Shown piece by piece: positions 44,013 through 55,037 of a stretch of 64,000 nt of DNA (within the stretch, counting starts at the first letter, position 1; each line of letters opens with the position of its first letter). Location of the stretch: the IMG/VR virus record IMGVR_UViG_3300046507_000667, positions 185,348 to 249,347 of that record, one strand, 5' to 3'. Made by a program: the position numbers and the translations under genes. The notes beneath the pieces were generated by a model. That model saw nothing but the letters and a program-made list of their open reading frames with translations. It made no database searches and was not told the origin of the DNA.

Positions 44013-46010
44013 TTACTTCAGAAGATCAATCATCTCTTGCACAGAGATAATTTTTACACCTAGATTGGCAGCATCACGATTCTTGCCAGTACCGGAAGTA
44101 GTGTCATTAGTAACTAGATAATCTGTCTTAGCAGTTACCTTGCCAACTAATGAATGACCTTTCTCAATCAAGAATTTCTTTAGATCATCCCGAGTAGTGA
44201 ATGGATCAGAACTACCAGTAGTACAAAACTTAAGAGCCTTAAAGTCAGCTGCTCGCTCTTGTTTAGTTTGGATAACCTTAATAGGATTACCTGAGAATAA
44301 GAATTTGATATCATCAAAATTCTCAGTTAGACCTTTCTTAAGAGCATTAATCGTTTCAGTACCAACCTTTTCAATCTTAGTTAATTCATTAAGCTTCTTA
44401 TTTTGATAAAGATCAATGATTTCATCCATTGTATATTCACGAAGAATAGTCAATGCTCGACCTTTACTAATAAGATCAATATTCAAACTACCGAGAATCT
44501 GATAGTCTGAAGTTCCATTTTCCTTTAGATCACAGAACCAAGTCTTGAACTTAGTTAGAGTCGATGTACCACAACCTTCAATCTTTGGTAATTCATTATA
44601 GTTGAAAGTAAATAGATCACCGACATTAGAGACTAGGTTAGCTTCAACCATCTTGCGAATTGTCTCTAGATCAATGAACTTACCTTCAGTACCTTTAATG
44701 AACTTAAGAATGCTACCAACTTGATTTAAAGGACACTTCTTATTATCACAGAATAGGAATACTTCATTTTCATCTGTATATAGCTCTTCACCACATTTAT
44801 GACAGAAGTTAGGAGCCTCATATTTTTTATATAGTCCTACTGCATCCTTATTACGCTTCTCATGATCATCATAAAGTTCTACATATCCTAGAACGTCATT
44901 GGATAGTTTAAACTTAATCCTATCACCTTGCTTTAGACCTAACTCATTGAATCGAGCATAGTTGGCAAGAGATACCTTTTGATAGGTATTACCAAAGATC
45001 TTGATTGGAGTGAACCAGACTCGTGGAGTAAAGGTAGCAGTAAAGCCCTCACATAGCCAATCCATATTAGTTACTATAACTTCACGCTCAATAGCAGGAA
45101 ATTTAAGAGCAGTTGCAAAGTTAGGTTCATTATTGGTATAGCCAAGTTTGTTACGATCTGCCTGAATTGCTGATTCAATTACTAGACCATCACACATGAC
45201 ATCTAGTACTTTACGATCAAATCGTGCTTCAGTTAGATAGTTATAGCTTTCCTCAATATCATCAATAGTTACTTCTTCATGAATCTCCTCATAAGCAAGA
45301 TTCTGAATACTATTGATGTATTGAATTTCTTCTTCACGGCTAAGAACTACATCTTTACCCTTCATTCGAAGAGGAACTAGGGTTACATATTTAAATAGAT
45401 GAGCATTCTCTGTAGTGAATACACCAGCCATTGCATTACGTGGATTTTTGTAAGGTGTTTCTACTTCTTTATTCAACTCATCAAAATTACTAAATTGGAG
45501 TACGGCTTCATATCCAATAGCATAGTCAAAGCCAGTATCAATCAAAGGAATATGTTTGACATTAGCTTTAAATAGCGCTGTAAGATCTTTACCTTTACCA
45601 TCCTTACCACGAGTTAGTGCTTTATGAATTACATTACGACCAGCACTAACTACAGTTTCTACGGTAATTGAATATCCATCAAACTTCAATGAGCAGTATA
45701 GCTTATTTGGGTTAACTTTCTTTTTTCGTAGCCATTCTCTCAAATCATCCATTGACTGACATTTCGAAAGAGTACCAGCAAAATCAGAATAAGAATGATC
45801 GAGATCAAGAGTCGTACCGATCTTGACTGCCGCACCAACCGGTAATTTCTTACCAGATACCATTTCATATTGCCGAGCCATTTTGTCATAATCGTCATCC
45901 TGAATATCAGAAATGCCATTATTATAATACTTATCAGCTTGGTCAAGAAGAAACTCCTCAAGAGCTTCAATTGTAAATTCACCATGAGGAGTATGAATTA
46001 GCTTTGACAT
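44013..46010 (-). CDS. ligA: NAD-dependent DNA ligase
   Basis: YYNNG..DIQDDDYD, KFDG active site, RGKDGKG, PRNAMAG, DGLVI, ALKFP, zinc finger, HhH, C-terminal BRCT (FCTTGS..VTAKTDYLV). Confidence 0.95.
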   Translation of the reverse strand: MSKLIHTPHGEFTIEALEEFLLDQADKYYNNGISDIQDDDYDKMARQYEMVSGKKLPVGAAVKIGTTLDLDHSYSDFAGTLSKCQSMDDLREWLRKKKVNPNKLYCSLKFDGYSITVETVVSAGRNVIHKALTRGKDGKGKDLTALFKANVKHIPLIDTGFDYAIGYEAVLQFSNFDELNKEVETPYKNPRNAMAGVFTTENAHLFKYVTLVPLRMKGKDVVLSREEEIQYINSIQNLAYEEIHEEVTIDDIEESYNYLTEARFDRKVLDVMCDGLVIESAIQADRNKLGYTNNEPNFATALKFPAIEREVIVTNMDWLCEGFTATFTPRVWFTPIKIFGNTYQKVSLANYARFNELGLKQGDRIKFKLSNDVLGYVELYDDHEKRNKDAVGLYKKYEAPNFCHKCGEELYTDENEVFLFCDNKKCPLNQVGSILKFIKGTEGKFIDLETIRKMVEANLVSNVGDLFTFNYNELPKIEGCGTSTLTKFKTWFCDLKENGTSDYQILGSLNIDLISKGRALTILREYTMDEIIDLYQNKKLNELTKIEKVGTETINALKKGLTENFDDIKFLFSGNPIKVIQTKQERAADFKALKFCTTGSSDPFTTRDDLKKFLIEKGHSLVGKVTAKTDYLVTNDTTSGTGKNRDAANLGVKIISVQEMIDLLK

Positions 46011-46066
46011 GAAAGTCCTTTCCTGTAGTTATATTAATCTACTTCAAATTAATAATATATCCTTGA

Positions 46067-47005
46067 TTAGAATTTTGTGAAGACTACATTGGATCTACTA
46101 ATTTGAGGTGTAAAAGCTACATAGTGCTTATCGATTTCAAAAGTAATACATGAAATTGATTGCTGAAACTCTGGATGATCTTCAATATACTGCTTATAAT
46201 TTTCACGTAAATAAGCAAGCAATGTTTCTCTTACATCATCCTTGTGATCATCTAGCTCAATATTAGTTCGTACATCTAATAACCATGCAAAACCTAGCTC
46301 AGTCACAGTTGGTTCATTACCAATTTTATAAGACCAAGCAGCATCACCCTTATATTCAGTAGATTTATACCAAAGCTTTACATCACTAGCAGTAGATTGT
46401 TTATACATATGCTGTGCTAGATCAGTACGCATATAATCTAGTAATGGCATATACAATTCACTTGCTTTCATCCTAAATTCATGGGATTTAGGATCAACTT
46501 CTACTGTCTTAAAGAACTTCTTATTTGGAGTAATACGGATATTCAGTCCTACATAGAACTGCTCTTCTTTATTATCTTCTGTAAGATTCATTTCTTCAAG
46601 ATTATGCATTTGTGCATCATCTATATGCTGTAATTCATTATATAATACACTTAGACCACTAGCATAGTGATAATGTTCTGGAGATTGAAAATTTGTACCA
46701 TACTCATAATCTTTCTCTTTAATAAAGTAATGCTTAAAGTCTCTGCTATTTAGAAGGATATTGTTACCTTCAATAAATAAATTACCATTTAAGAGAATGC
46801 ATGTACTTTGGGCAAATGTATCTACTGTAACGACTAACTGACTATTTCCTGCCTCATCTTGTATCCATTTGGCATTCAGGCTTTTAATCTGAGATTGGAG
46901 AAGAATAAGTAACTGCCAACCAAACTGAATTCGTTTCAGTGTAGTCTTAATTTTCCATACAAATTTAGAAAAAAATAAAAAGTGATTCTTCTTATCTGAA
47001 GCCAT
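46067..47005 (-). CDS. Hypothetical protein
   Basis: 312-aa ORF. Confidence 0.75.
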   Translation of the reverse strand: MASDKKNHFLFFSKFVWKIKTTLKRIQFGWQLLILLQSQIKSLNAKWIQDEAGNSQLVVTVDTFAQSTCILLNGNLFIEGNNILLNSRDFKHYFIKEKDYEYGTNFQSPEHYHYASGLSVLYNELQHIDDAQMHNLEEMNLTEDNKEEQFYVGLNIRITPNKKFFKTVEVDPKSHEFRMKASELYMPLLDYMRTDLAQHMYKQSTASDVKLWYKSTEYKGDAAWSYKIGNEPTVTELGFAWLLDVRTNIELDDHKDDVRETLLAYLRENYKQYIEDHPEFQQSISCITFEIDKHYVAFTPQISRSNVVFTKF

Positions 47006-47072
47006 ATGGCCTCCTATGTAATAGAAAAGGGATATACTGCCATTTTTACATAGACAGTATATCCCGTTGTTA

Positions 47073-49016
47073 TTATTCTACTTCACTTTCAGACGTCTTT
47101 ACAACCTTAACACCGATACCATTAAACATTGCACGTACTGACTGTGCAGCATTCGATGCATCGATATCTTGATCAATTTCAATAGATTCTAAAGTTTTTA
47201 CATCCTTCTGTAGAAGAGTCCGAATCATATTTTGTCGATTGGTACGACTTGATGAATATGCCTTAAGGAACTTATCAACTGTCTCCGGTTGCTCAAGCAA
47301 AGCAAAGTTAAAATATTCCTGTTCGCCAAATTTGATAGGATTTGAATTGAAAAGTGCATTTCCCTTTTTGTACTTATCATTATTCTTATACGGCACATCT
47401 AGCAGACTTGTCATTTCCGCCGCTCGTGCAGAGAACTTACCTGCTGGTACGTGCTTAAGCATGATAAAATACATATCACCAATAACGAGCTTATCTTCAA
47501 CTCCCTTGAATTTAATCTTTTCTACAGGGAACCGAGTATACAAGTCTTCCATGAGTTGAGGTGTTGAATTCTCATAGAATGGTGGTTGATGGATAAGAAT
47601 ACCATGCTCTTTAGCCTCTTCAAGCCACAAAGCAAGTACTTCATTCTCGCCATCATCAGTGTCAATGATATTCTCTTGGATGAACTGACCATACTTCGGA
47701 CAGACCATTTCATAGAATGTCATAATTTCACTGAGAAGCTTCTCATCATCATCTTTATTCTCACGGATGATATAGTCTGCAATGAAGTTTAATTCTTGCT
47801 CAAAACACTGAGCCAGATTCATACGACCAATAACACCTAGAGAATTCAGTGCAATATCAGCACGATGGAGACCATCTTCTGACATAGGCATTTCATCATC
47901 AGGTACAATTTTCGAGATAACACCCTTATTGCCGTATCGACCAGTAAGCTTAGCACCTACAGCTAGTGGAACATCAATAATGACTGTTACACGGACTACA
48001 ATACCTTCAAATTCACGCTTATCGAAGCTAAACTTGATTTCAGGATTCTTATAGTCTTTAGCTTTCTGGTACCAATAAGATAGATCCTCACTTAGCTTAC
48101 TACCTGCTTTCTTGTATTTTTCCACAAGATTAATAAGCTTAGTATAAATCTTATCTTGGGTATCAGCAATCTCTTTAAAATAGCTATTGTATGCTAAATC
48201 TAGCTCTTCTAGAAGATTACAGAATACTTCGATATCAGTAACAGTACCTGATGCATAGAATGGAGTATCATTAGGATTTACCTTACGAAACTCTGTATCA
48301 CGCATTTCATCTAGCATTGTACTATAGTTAATCCGACGACGAGCAGCTAGAATACCGCCAGTAATCTTTTCACCAATACGAGGAATACCTTTATAAACTT
48401 CTTTGGTACCTAGAAGATTAATTAAGATATCATTCTGATTAAGAACGATATCGAAGATCTGAACTTGCTGGTGACCATATTTCTCTGAAGCAGATTGACC
48501 AATGACAATACCATCTTCATAGGTAAGACCGTGAAATGGAATGAATACTGACTTGAGATTATTCCCAAACTTAAGGTTCAGGTTTTCATCATACATACCA
48601 TTCTTATAAATCCAGTCACCTTCAGCAATTGTATTACCTTTGACTACTTCTGTTTCATTTAGTTCTTGTTCAAAGCCATAAGTTTCAGTAAGATTCTTAG
48701 CCTTGGTCCAATTGATGATATTATATTCATCACCATCAAAAGTAATGATTAGCTTATGATTCTGATTAAATTCAAGAATCTCCATAATCTGAAGATCTTT
48801 CTTTGCAATCTTAAGACCAGTAGAATACTTACCGATCTGCTTTTCAAAACGAGTAAATACCTTTGGTGGTTCAGCACCTTTATATACAAGAAGCTGACCT
48901 TGATGACTAGTAAACATATTGACTCGACCACCATCACAGTGATTGACATTGGGAATCAGTAGTTCTTCTGCCAAGAATGAATGATCTAAAATTTCTTTTG
49001 TTGGTGTATCTGACAT
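47073..49016 (-). CDS. rpoB: RNA polymerase beta subunit, C-terminal part (non-virion, AR9 gp089-like)
   Basis: RVNMFTSHQGQ, GNNLKSVF, YEDGIVI, GAKLTGRYGNKGVISKI, LGVIGRMN, GKFSAR, KFGEQE. Confidence 0.92.
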   Translation of the reverse strand: MSDTPTKEILDHSFLAEELLIPNVNHCDGGRVNMFTSHQGQLLVYKGAEPPKVFTRFEKQIGKYSTGLKIAKKDLQIMEILEFNQNHKLIITFDGDEYNIINWTKAKNLTETYGFEQELNETEVVKGNTIAEGDWIYKNGMYDENLNLKFGNNLKSVFIPFHGLTYEDGIVIGQSASEKYGHQQVQIFDIVLNQNDILINLLGTKEVYKGIPRIGEKITGGILAARRRINYSTMLDEMRDTEFRKVNPNDTPFYASGTVTDIEVFCNLLEELDLAYNSYFKEIADTQDKIYTKLINLVEKYKKAGSKLSEDLSYWYQKAKDYKNPEIKFSFDKREFEGIVVRVTVIIDVPLAVGAKLTGRYGNKGVISKIVPDDEMPMSEDGLHRADIALNSLGVIGRMNLAQCFEQELNFIADYIIRENKDDDEKLLSEIMTFYEMVCPKYGQFIQENIIDTDDGENEVLALWLEEAKEHGILIHQPPFYENSTPQLMEDLYTRFPVEKIKFKGVEDKLVIGDMYFIMLKHVPAGKFSARAAEMTSLLDVPYKNNDKYKKGNALFNSNPIKFGEQEYFNFALLEQPETVDKFLKAYSSSRTNRQNMIRTLLQKDVKTLESIEIDQDIDASNAAQSVRAMFNGIGVKVVKTSESEVE

Positions 49017-49034
49017 GAATCTCTTTCCTAAGAA

Positions 49035-49583
49035 TTATTCTGAATCGATTGCACTGCCAAGACTTTCTGCCATTTGCTCATCAAAATCCATAATACCCAT
49101 TTTAACAAGTTTGGTTTCAGTAAAGCCAAGTTTATCAAATTCTACTTGAATTTCTTCTACATACTTAGCATCAACTGTAGATTCAATGTAATTAAGATAA
49201 TGACGAATCCATTCATTACGATTAAGATAATGAATATCTTCAGTAGCCATAGCAATATCTTTGGCTAGAAAAGTCACACAGTGAATAGAATTCTTTGATT
49301 CCTTATTATGAACAGGAAATCCCATTGGTTCATACTTAGCTTTTCCATTATTATGAGCTAAAGTATGAATTGGGCTTACAATTTTGATTGTACCTTTTTG
49401 CAATTGCTCTTGTAGTGTATAAGGACTATCTAGATGCCCAATAACAACAGTACATGTTGGTAGATGCATAAATGTAACAAGCTGCATCTTATGATTAATC
49501 ATTGACATTGAATGCTCATCACTACCAGTGAGAATATTGATTTTATTATAAGCATTCTTAATAATCAATTCATTGCGGCGCAT
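49035..49583 (-). CDS. Hypothetical protein
   Basis: 182-aa ORF after an ATATATTAT motif, upstream of the beta-C gene. Confidence 0.7.
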   Translation of the reverse strand: MRRNELIIKNAYNKINILTGSDEHSMSMINHKMQLVTFMHLPTCTVVIGHLDSPYTLQEQLQKGTIKIVSPIHTLAHNNGKAKYEPMGFPVHNKESKNSIHCVTFLAKDIAMATEDIHYLNRNEWIRHYLNYIESTVDAKYVEEIQVEFDKLGFTETKLVKMGIMDFDEQMAESLGSAIDSE

Positions 49584-49663
49584 TTTCTTTTCCTTAGTAT
49601 AGAGAAATAGATGTTACTGCTACACTAAGATAATATATTCATAATTTTACAATAAAAAAAGAG

Positions 49664-49732
49664 AAAGGATCTTCAGTAGGGAAGTCTTGGGAGATCTATA
49701 GGTAGAATCCCCACTGTCCTAATAGATCCTTT
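49664..49732 (-). terminator. Long irregular hairpin terminator
   Basis: AAAGGATCT/AGATCCTTT closing stem, inner CAGTAGGGA/TCCCCACTG stem, U tract on the minus strand. Confidence 0.65.
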
Positions 49733-49749
49733 CCTTAAGGAGAATTCAG

Positions 49750-50418
49750 TTACCTCTTCATCGTTCTCCTATTGGAAGATCCGGAAGATGACTTATTGTT
49801 GTCATCTTGCCTTGATCTAGATGAGGAAGATGATGATTTATTACTATCATTTTGCTGTCGATTACCCATTTCTTTTTGAGCAATCTTTATTGCAGCCTCT
49901 TCAACTTGTGATCGTCTTCCTCGATGGTGTGGGATTTCTCCTTTTTGAACCATCTGCTCTGCCATCTTTTTGACGTTATCATCGTCGTTCTTTGTTGAAC
50001 GCCCTCTTGATGAATTTTCTTGAGTATTGGAGCCGGAACTAGCATTGCTTTGACTAGATTGCCGTCGTTGTGAAGTATTATCATTTCGACTATTGCTATC
50101 ACTTGAAGCTCGCTTATCCACTGGTGCAGTGTTGGGATCTCTAGCTCCTTCATTTGATAGCCCCTTAGATACATTTCTAGCTATTTTAACAGCTTCACTA
50201 TGACTAATAGAATGATTATTTACTACTTGACCCTCAATCCCTTTGACGATCGTTTCTACATGCTGTGGTAATTCTTTAATCTTTGCTGTTGAGGCTATCA
50301 TTTCTTTTGCAGTTTCAATCGCAATACCAGTTCGCTTAGCGATTTCTGGATTGTGAGCAACTGCACGGAACAACCTGCTTTGCGCTTGGGATCGAATAGG
50401 CATGGTGTACTCCTTCAT
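49750..50418 (-). CDS. Protein with short conserved N-terminal helical module and long disordered S/N/R/D-rich tail
   Basis: MPIRSQAQSRLFRAVAHNPEIAKRTGI N-terminus; low-complexity C-terminal half. Confidence 0.7.
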   Translation of the reverse strand: MKEYTMPIRSQAQSRLFRAVAHNPEIAKRTGIAIETAKEMIASTAKIKELPQHVETIVKGIEGQVVNNHSISHSEAVKIARNVSKGLSNEGARDPNTAPVDKRASSDSNSRNDNTSQRRQSSQSNASSGSNTQENSSRGRSTKNDDDNVKKMAEQMVQKGEIPHHRGRRSQVEEAAIKIAQKEMGNRQQNDSNKSSSSSSRSRQDDNNKSSSGSSNRRTMKR

Positions 50419-50517
50419 GAATAGACTATATTATTTACAGCATTAATATAATATATTCATAAAAGAATTCAGTTTACAATGAAAAAAAGGAAGGGTAACT
50501 AGTACCCTCCACCAACA

Positions 50518-50958
50518 TTAGTCGTGTTGTCTTGCACCTACATATGAATTGTATTCAGCAACCCATTTTTCAGTAAGACTTCTATGAATTGAATCTGTAA
50601 AGTCTACAACTCGATGCATAGGTATATCTATTGAATATTGACGAACAGTTTTAAGACGGCCATCCTCATCAGCATAGGGTGATTCTTTAGGTTTGATCTC
50701 ACAATTAGCATCAAACTCATCTGTAGTCATTTCAAATGGAAGATGAATTTGAAGCGTACCACATACTTCTAGATCAGCTAAATTGGCAATAGCTACATGG
50801 CCAAAGTAATACTTACCTTTACCTAGATTGACTAGAATGACTGTGATGTCATCTTCATCATCAATCTTCATAATCTTTGGCAATTCAATTGAAGCTAGAT
50901 TAATCTTATTTGGATTATCACCATATTCTACAATTTGACTATTCATCTTGACCACCAA
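50518..50958 (-). CDS. Hypothetical protein
   Basis: 146-aa ORF. Confidence 0.7.
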   Translation of the reverse strand: MVVKMNSQIVEYGDNPNKINLASIELPKIMKIDDEDDITVILVNLGKGKYYFGHVAIANLADLEVCGTLQIHLPFEMTTDEFDANCEIKPKESPYADEDGRLKTVRQYSIDIPMHRVVDFTDSIHRSLTEKWVAEYNSYVGARQHD

Positions 50959-51385
50959 TATATTTTAAGATTTCTTTAGACAACCAAACTGCATTAAATT
51001 GATCTTCACGAAACTTCCAACGACGACGAAGAGTTACCTTATCCCAATAAATAATACCATCACGCCTTTCAATTGTACTAGGTTTAGATTCAACACCTAG
51101 AGCAAATGCTTGCTTAGTGACAATATATTTTGGAGTAACCTTTACAATCTCTAATTCAAACCCATTAAGAGATTGATAGTTACCAGAGCCAAATACAGCT
51201 ACAGAAGTTGGAAGCTTTACTTCTTTCTTAGGTACTACCATTGATAGAGTCTTTCTAGTATTTGGAACTACTTCAGAAAGATCTGTTTCAATAAATTTAG
51301 GATTATTAGTATTATTTACTTCAACATCTTGTGATTTTTGTTGTGCTTGCAAGAATGCCAATTGCATTGCATTTAGTTCACTCAT
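50939..51385 (-). CDS. Hypothetical protein
   Basis: 148-aa ORF. Confidence 0.7.
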   Translation of the reverse strand: MSELNAMQLAFLQAQQKSQDVEVNNTNNPKFIETDLSEVVPNTRKTLSMVVPKKEVKLPTSVAVFGSGNYQSLNGFELEIVKVTPKYIVTKQAFALGVESKPSTIERRDGIIYWDKVTLRRRWKFREDQFNAVWLSKEILKYIGGQDE

Positions 51386-51410
51386 TTCTTATAATCCTTA
51401 GTAAAGAAAG

Positions 51411-51442
51411 AACCCTAATACCGATAATTTGGTATTAGGGTT
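51411..51442 (-). terminator. Hairpin terminator after recA/uvsX
   Basis: AACCCTAATACC...GGTATTAGGGTT. Confidence 0.8.
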
Positions 51443-51449
51443 ATATTAC

Positions 51450-52667
51450 TTATTCTTCTTCGCCGAATTCTTCAGCTAGTTCATTTTCACTTGATGAACC
51501 ATCAAGTTCAGTATACTTATCTTGAACGAATCCACTATATACTTCATTAATAACGCTATTGAATGCTTCTTGGAAGCCTTCATCTGAATTATATAGGTAA
51601 ATAAATTGCTTCTGCGTGAACTTCCACTCTTCATGACCCTTCAATGAGAAACCTGATTTACCACCACCTACTAGGAAACCATTTTCCTTCAAGTGCATGA
51701 AGTTAGCAAGAACGTTACTAAAGCCTTTCTTAGCAGTAAGAATAAACTTCTCACGGCTATTATTGAAGCCTGAACGTGTCTTAATAAAGCGGACATCAGT
51801 AGCACGACCTTCAATCTGAAGATCCTTATCGGCCTTCATTTCAGCGCCAGAAGTAAGCTTGAATACATATGAAGGCATAAACGACCAGCAGTTACCGCCC
51901 GGTAGATTCTCATCATCACCAAGACCAGGAAGTTGAACCTTACGTGGAGCGTAAGCATTCGTATTGATCTTTGTAGTGATGTGATTAATTGCTAGAATCG
52001 TAATATTGTATTGCTCAAGAATCGATACAACTGATGTGAGCATTGCCTTATTAGATGCTGCCATCTTACCCGGAATCATATTATTATCAAGATCAGGATT
52101 CTCAACAACTTCCTTTGGCTTCATTGCTGGTACTGAGTCCAGAATGACGATGGTAGGAGGATAAATCTTGATTGTATTGCCCTTAAAGTCGAGCCACTCA
52201 ACCATATCCTTTGCTGTAAGCTTCTTCTTCATTTCCGCAATATCGAAAATGAGTTTCTTGAAGAATTCAGTAGTAAGATCAATCTGATTAAAGATTGTAA
52301 AGGTATTATGATACTCTTCTTCTGAACAGCCAGTAATCTGACGTAGACGTGCTTCAGGATTATTTAGACCACGTTCGAAGTCACAATATACAATGTCGCC
52401 ATTTAGTGGTGATGCCATTGCCCATGCAATTTGAGCAATTAGAGTTGATTTACCACCTTGTGAGTTACCAATTGCCTCAATGATCTTACCCATTGGTAGA
52501 CCAAGATTAAGGAATTCTTCACCATCTTCATTGATACAGATCGTTGCACAACGATAATCAATGATATCAAAACCGGTCTGAATTGAAAGTGCTTCAGTAA
52601 CAGAGCCTGGAAGAATTTTAACTTCCTTCTTTTGCTTTTCTTGAAGACTCTTCTTTAGAATACCCAT
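51450..52667 (-). CDS. uvsX: RecA/UvsX-like recombinase
   Basis: IQTGFDIID, Walker A GNSQGGKST, DFERG, ILDSVPAM, ILAINH, LPGG, FIKTR. Confidence 0.9.
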   Translation of the reverse strand: MGILKKSLQEKQKKEVKILPGSVTEALSIQTGFDIIDYRCATICINEDGEEFLNLGLPMGKIIEAIGNSQGGKSTLIAQIAWAMASPLNGDIVYCDFERGLNNPEARLRQITGCSEEEYHNTFTIFNQIDLTTEFFKKLIFDIAEMKKKLTAKDMVEWLDFKGNTIKIYPPTIVILDSVPAMKPKEVVENPDLDNNMIPGKMAASNKAMLTSVVSILEQYNITILAINHITTKINTNAYAPRKVQLPGLGDDENLPGGNCWSFMPSYVFKLTSGAEMKADKDLQIEGRATDVRFIKTRSGFNNSREKFILTAKKGFSNVLANFMHLKENGFLVGGGKSGFSLKGHEEWKFTQKQFIYLYNSDEGFQEAFNSVINEVYSGFVQDKYTELDGSSSENELAEEFGEEE

Positions 52668-52684
52668 AGCTCACTTTTCCTAGT

Positions 52685-53077
52685 TTATAAACATAATGAA
52701 ACGGTACCAAGGATCGGTGTAGCTAAGTCATCCAAATCAGAGACTGTTGCCACAACCATAAGAACCTTTGATTTCCGCAAAATGGAATTTTCACTTTCCG
52801 TATTATTTCCATGTTGCAAAATCGAAACAACTCGGTCCATGGTTGAATTTGCAAGCTCAGTAATCATTTCCGGCATTGATGATTGAACATCAGGTGCAAA
52901 TGAAAATAAGGATGTCATAATACAATCCATATTATCATTCAATACCTTAAAAGAAACGTCAAATACCTTCCCTACAGGTCGATGAAGAAATTCTTGAGCT
53001 AGTTTTACAGTACCCCAAGCACCATGTTTTTCATTTTGAACGACCATGCGATGGAAGATAGTATTATTCAACATCAT
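52685..53077 (-). CDS. Hypothetical protein
   Basis: 130-aa ORF. Confidence 0.65.
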   Translation of the reverse strand: MMLNNTIFHRMVVQNEKHGAWGTVKLAQEFLHRPVGKVFDVSFKVLNDNMDCIMTSLFSFAPDVQSSMPEMITELANSTMDRVVSILQHGNNTESENSILRKSKVLMVVATVSDLDDLATPILGTVSLCL

Positions 53078-53098
53078 AGTTTCCTAATATTAGAAGAT

Positions 53099-54007
53099 TT
53101 ATGGTTGCTTACGAATCATTGGATACGACGACATTAGCATTGCATGAGGACCATATAAGAAGTTTTGTAGGTTTCTCTCAAAATCCTTTATTGCTTTACT
53201 ACGACTAGGTTCTATTGATTCAGGTTCAAGCCTAACCATATCCATTGGCATCATTCCATAAATACCAGCACTTATTGCTTCGATATTTGGAAATTGACGA
53301 TCCATTATCAATTGATAAATAATGACATAGTAAAGTTTGCTTACATCATCAATCAGTAAGAAATCTTTTGGTACATCAAAAGTATCAAGAAACGCTTCCA
53401 TAATATCACCGGAAGTATTTTCTGTATGATCAAACTCTGCTGCAATATACTCAATCATTGGTTGACGTTCTTGATTGAGATCAAATGGATCAGAAATATG
53501 AAACTCGATCCAGTAATGAATTAAAAGGTCAATCACTTGCTCTTTAGTTGACTTTGAAGCACTTTGAAGACTTTGTGGTAGCTGACGATTCCAACTATTC
53601 AATTCAATAAGAAATTCTCGATCAGCTAGGTCACTGAGAATTCGAAAGCACTTGAAATATACATCATAGAATACAATGAAACTGCATACATATGATTCAA
53701 TATACATGAAATGACAATGGTTGAGATCTTCATCCATCATCTTATCAATATATGCAATAGACTCTGTAATATCAGTGATATCTGCATCAGTAAGGATGGT
53801 AGCTTCACCCTCAATGAATTTAGTAACTAAACCATTTAGACCTGTGAAATCATCACAGGTATGCATGAATCGTTTAAGATGCTGATAGTAGAAGTCTTCA
53901 AAAGCTGACATATTAGTCACTCCTGAATAATCTACACGACCATGAAATACGTCAAGTAAAGACTGGAACGGAATTGGTAGTTCTTCTTTATTCATATTAG
54001 TATCCAT
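53099..54007 (-). CDS. Hypothetical protein (acidic, helical)
   Basis: 302-aa ORF. Confidence 0.75.
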   Translation of the reverse strand: MDTNMNKEELPIPFQSLLDVFHGRVDYSGVTNMSAFEDFYYQHLKRFMHTCDDFTGLNGLVTKFIEGEATILTDADITDITESIAYIDKMMDEDLNHCHFMYIESYVCSFIVFYDVYFKCFRILSDLADREFLIELNSWNRQLPQSLQSASKSTKEQVIDLLIHYWIEFHISDPFDLNQERQPMIEYIAAEFDHTENTSGDIMEAFLDTFDVPKDFLLIDDVSKLYYVIIYQLIMDRQFPNIEAISAGIYGMMPMDMVRLEPESIEPSRSKAIKDFERNLQNFLYGPHAMLMSSYPMIRKQP

Positions 54008-54051
54008 ATTTAGTCAAAAAAGAAACCGTGGTTAAATCCACGGTCTCTATA

Positions 54052-54249
54052 CTACCAGAGATTAGGTACCTTTACTCGTCTTTCACCTGGAAGGTAGGTA
54101 TTAAGACCTTTTACAATTCTTTCAATTTCTCTAAATTTTATAGAAAGATTCTCATATTTCTTACTAAGATCGTCATTCCTTTTTCTAAGAGTTATGATTT
54201 CTTGCTCTAGCTGCTCATTGCTTTTTGGCATAGCTGAAAAATGGTTCAT
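54052..54249 (-). CDS. Small coiled-coil protein
   Basis: Heptad pattern EQLEQEIITLRKRNDDLSKKYENLSIKF; likely start MPKS at 54231. Confidence 0.6.
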   Translation of the reverse strand: MNHFSAMPKSNEQLEQEIITLRKRNDDLSKKYENLSIKFREIERIVKGLNTYLPGERRVKVPNLW

Positions 54250-55003
54250 CTTTCCAAGTTAGTGAATCAAAGACCAAGAAATCAATCTTAGTTTTGGTAG
54301 TATTACAACCTAGAGTATTATTAACATTAATAAAATACTGATACAGATCACCAACTCCAGTATACTTGACAACCTCATTGAATCTTTCATCAGGTGTCTT
54401 AGTCATATCAATGATACGAATAAACCGTTGTTCGATTGGAAGATTCTGATCAAAAGCATCACTAAAGTCTTTACCGCCAAGTGCCCACTGAGTGAACAAA
54501 AGATCTACTACATCAATAAGATCCATACGGGAAGAGACATCAAGTTGATGATACTGAGCCTTTTCTTCGAAACCAACAGGAACTTTATTATCATGCTTTT
54601 GAAGCTCACCATCGATCCAAATACGATACGAATTTACATTCGGATCATACAAAATATCTGATTGTACTTCTTCATATACAGTAAAAATACGTCGAATATT
54701 TGCTTCTTGCTTCTTAAAATCATGAGCAAGGTAAGCGATTGCATCTAGGAGGCTAAATACTTTAGTCTGCTCAAATGAATCAGCAAACTGTTCCATGATA
54801 TTATTGAAAACAGTATCTTCAGTATTACCAATTTCCTTCATATTAGTGAAGAAAAGACCATTGGGTCGTAAGGTAATTAGATAATCAAAGTAACCTGCTA
54901 GAAGATCTAGCCTTTGATTATATGCTGAAAAATCTGTAATACCATAACGATCGGACGATGCTTTAATCTCTTTTACATCTACATCGTTAAAGATAGCTTG
55001 CAT
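54215..55003 (-). CDS. Hypothetical protein, tandem paralogue B
   Basis: Aligns by eye with 55075..55863 (QSDI.YD..Y.RIWID, W.LG..DF, FDSLTWK). Confidence 0.78.
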   Translation of the reverse strand: MQAIFNDVDVKEIKASSDRYGITDFSAYNQRLDLLAGYFDYLITLRPNGLFFTNMKEIGNTEDTVFNNIMEQFADSFEQTKVFSLLDAIAYLAHDFKKQEANIRRIFTVYEEVQSDILYDPNVNSYRIWIDGELQKHDNKVPVGFEEKAQYHQLDVSSRMDLIDVVDLLFTQWALGGKDFSDAFDQNLPIEQRFIRIIDMTKTPDERFNEVVKYTGVGDLYQYFINVNNTLGCNTTKTKIDFLVFDSLTWKDEPFFSYAKKQ

Positions 55004-55037
55004 GATTTATTTTAGAAGAATAAAGAAAAAAATAAAT

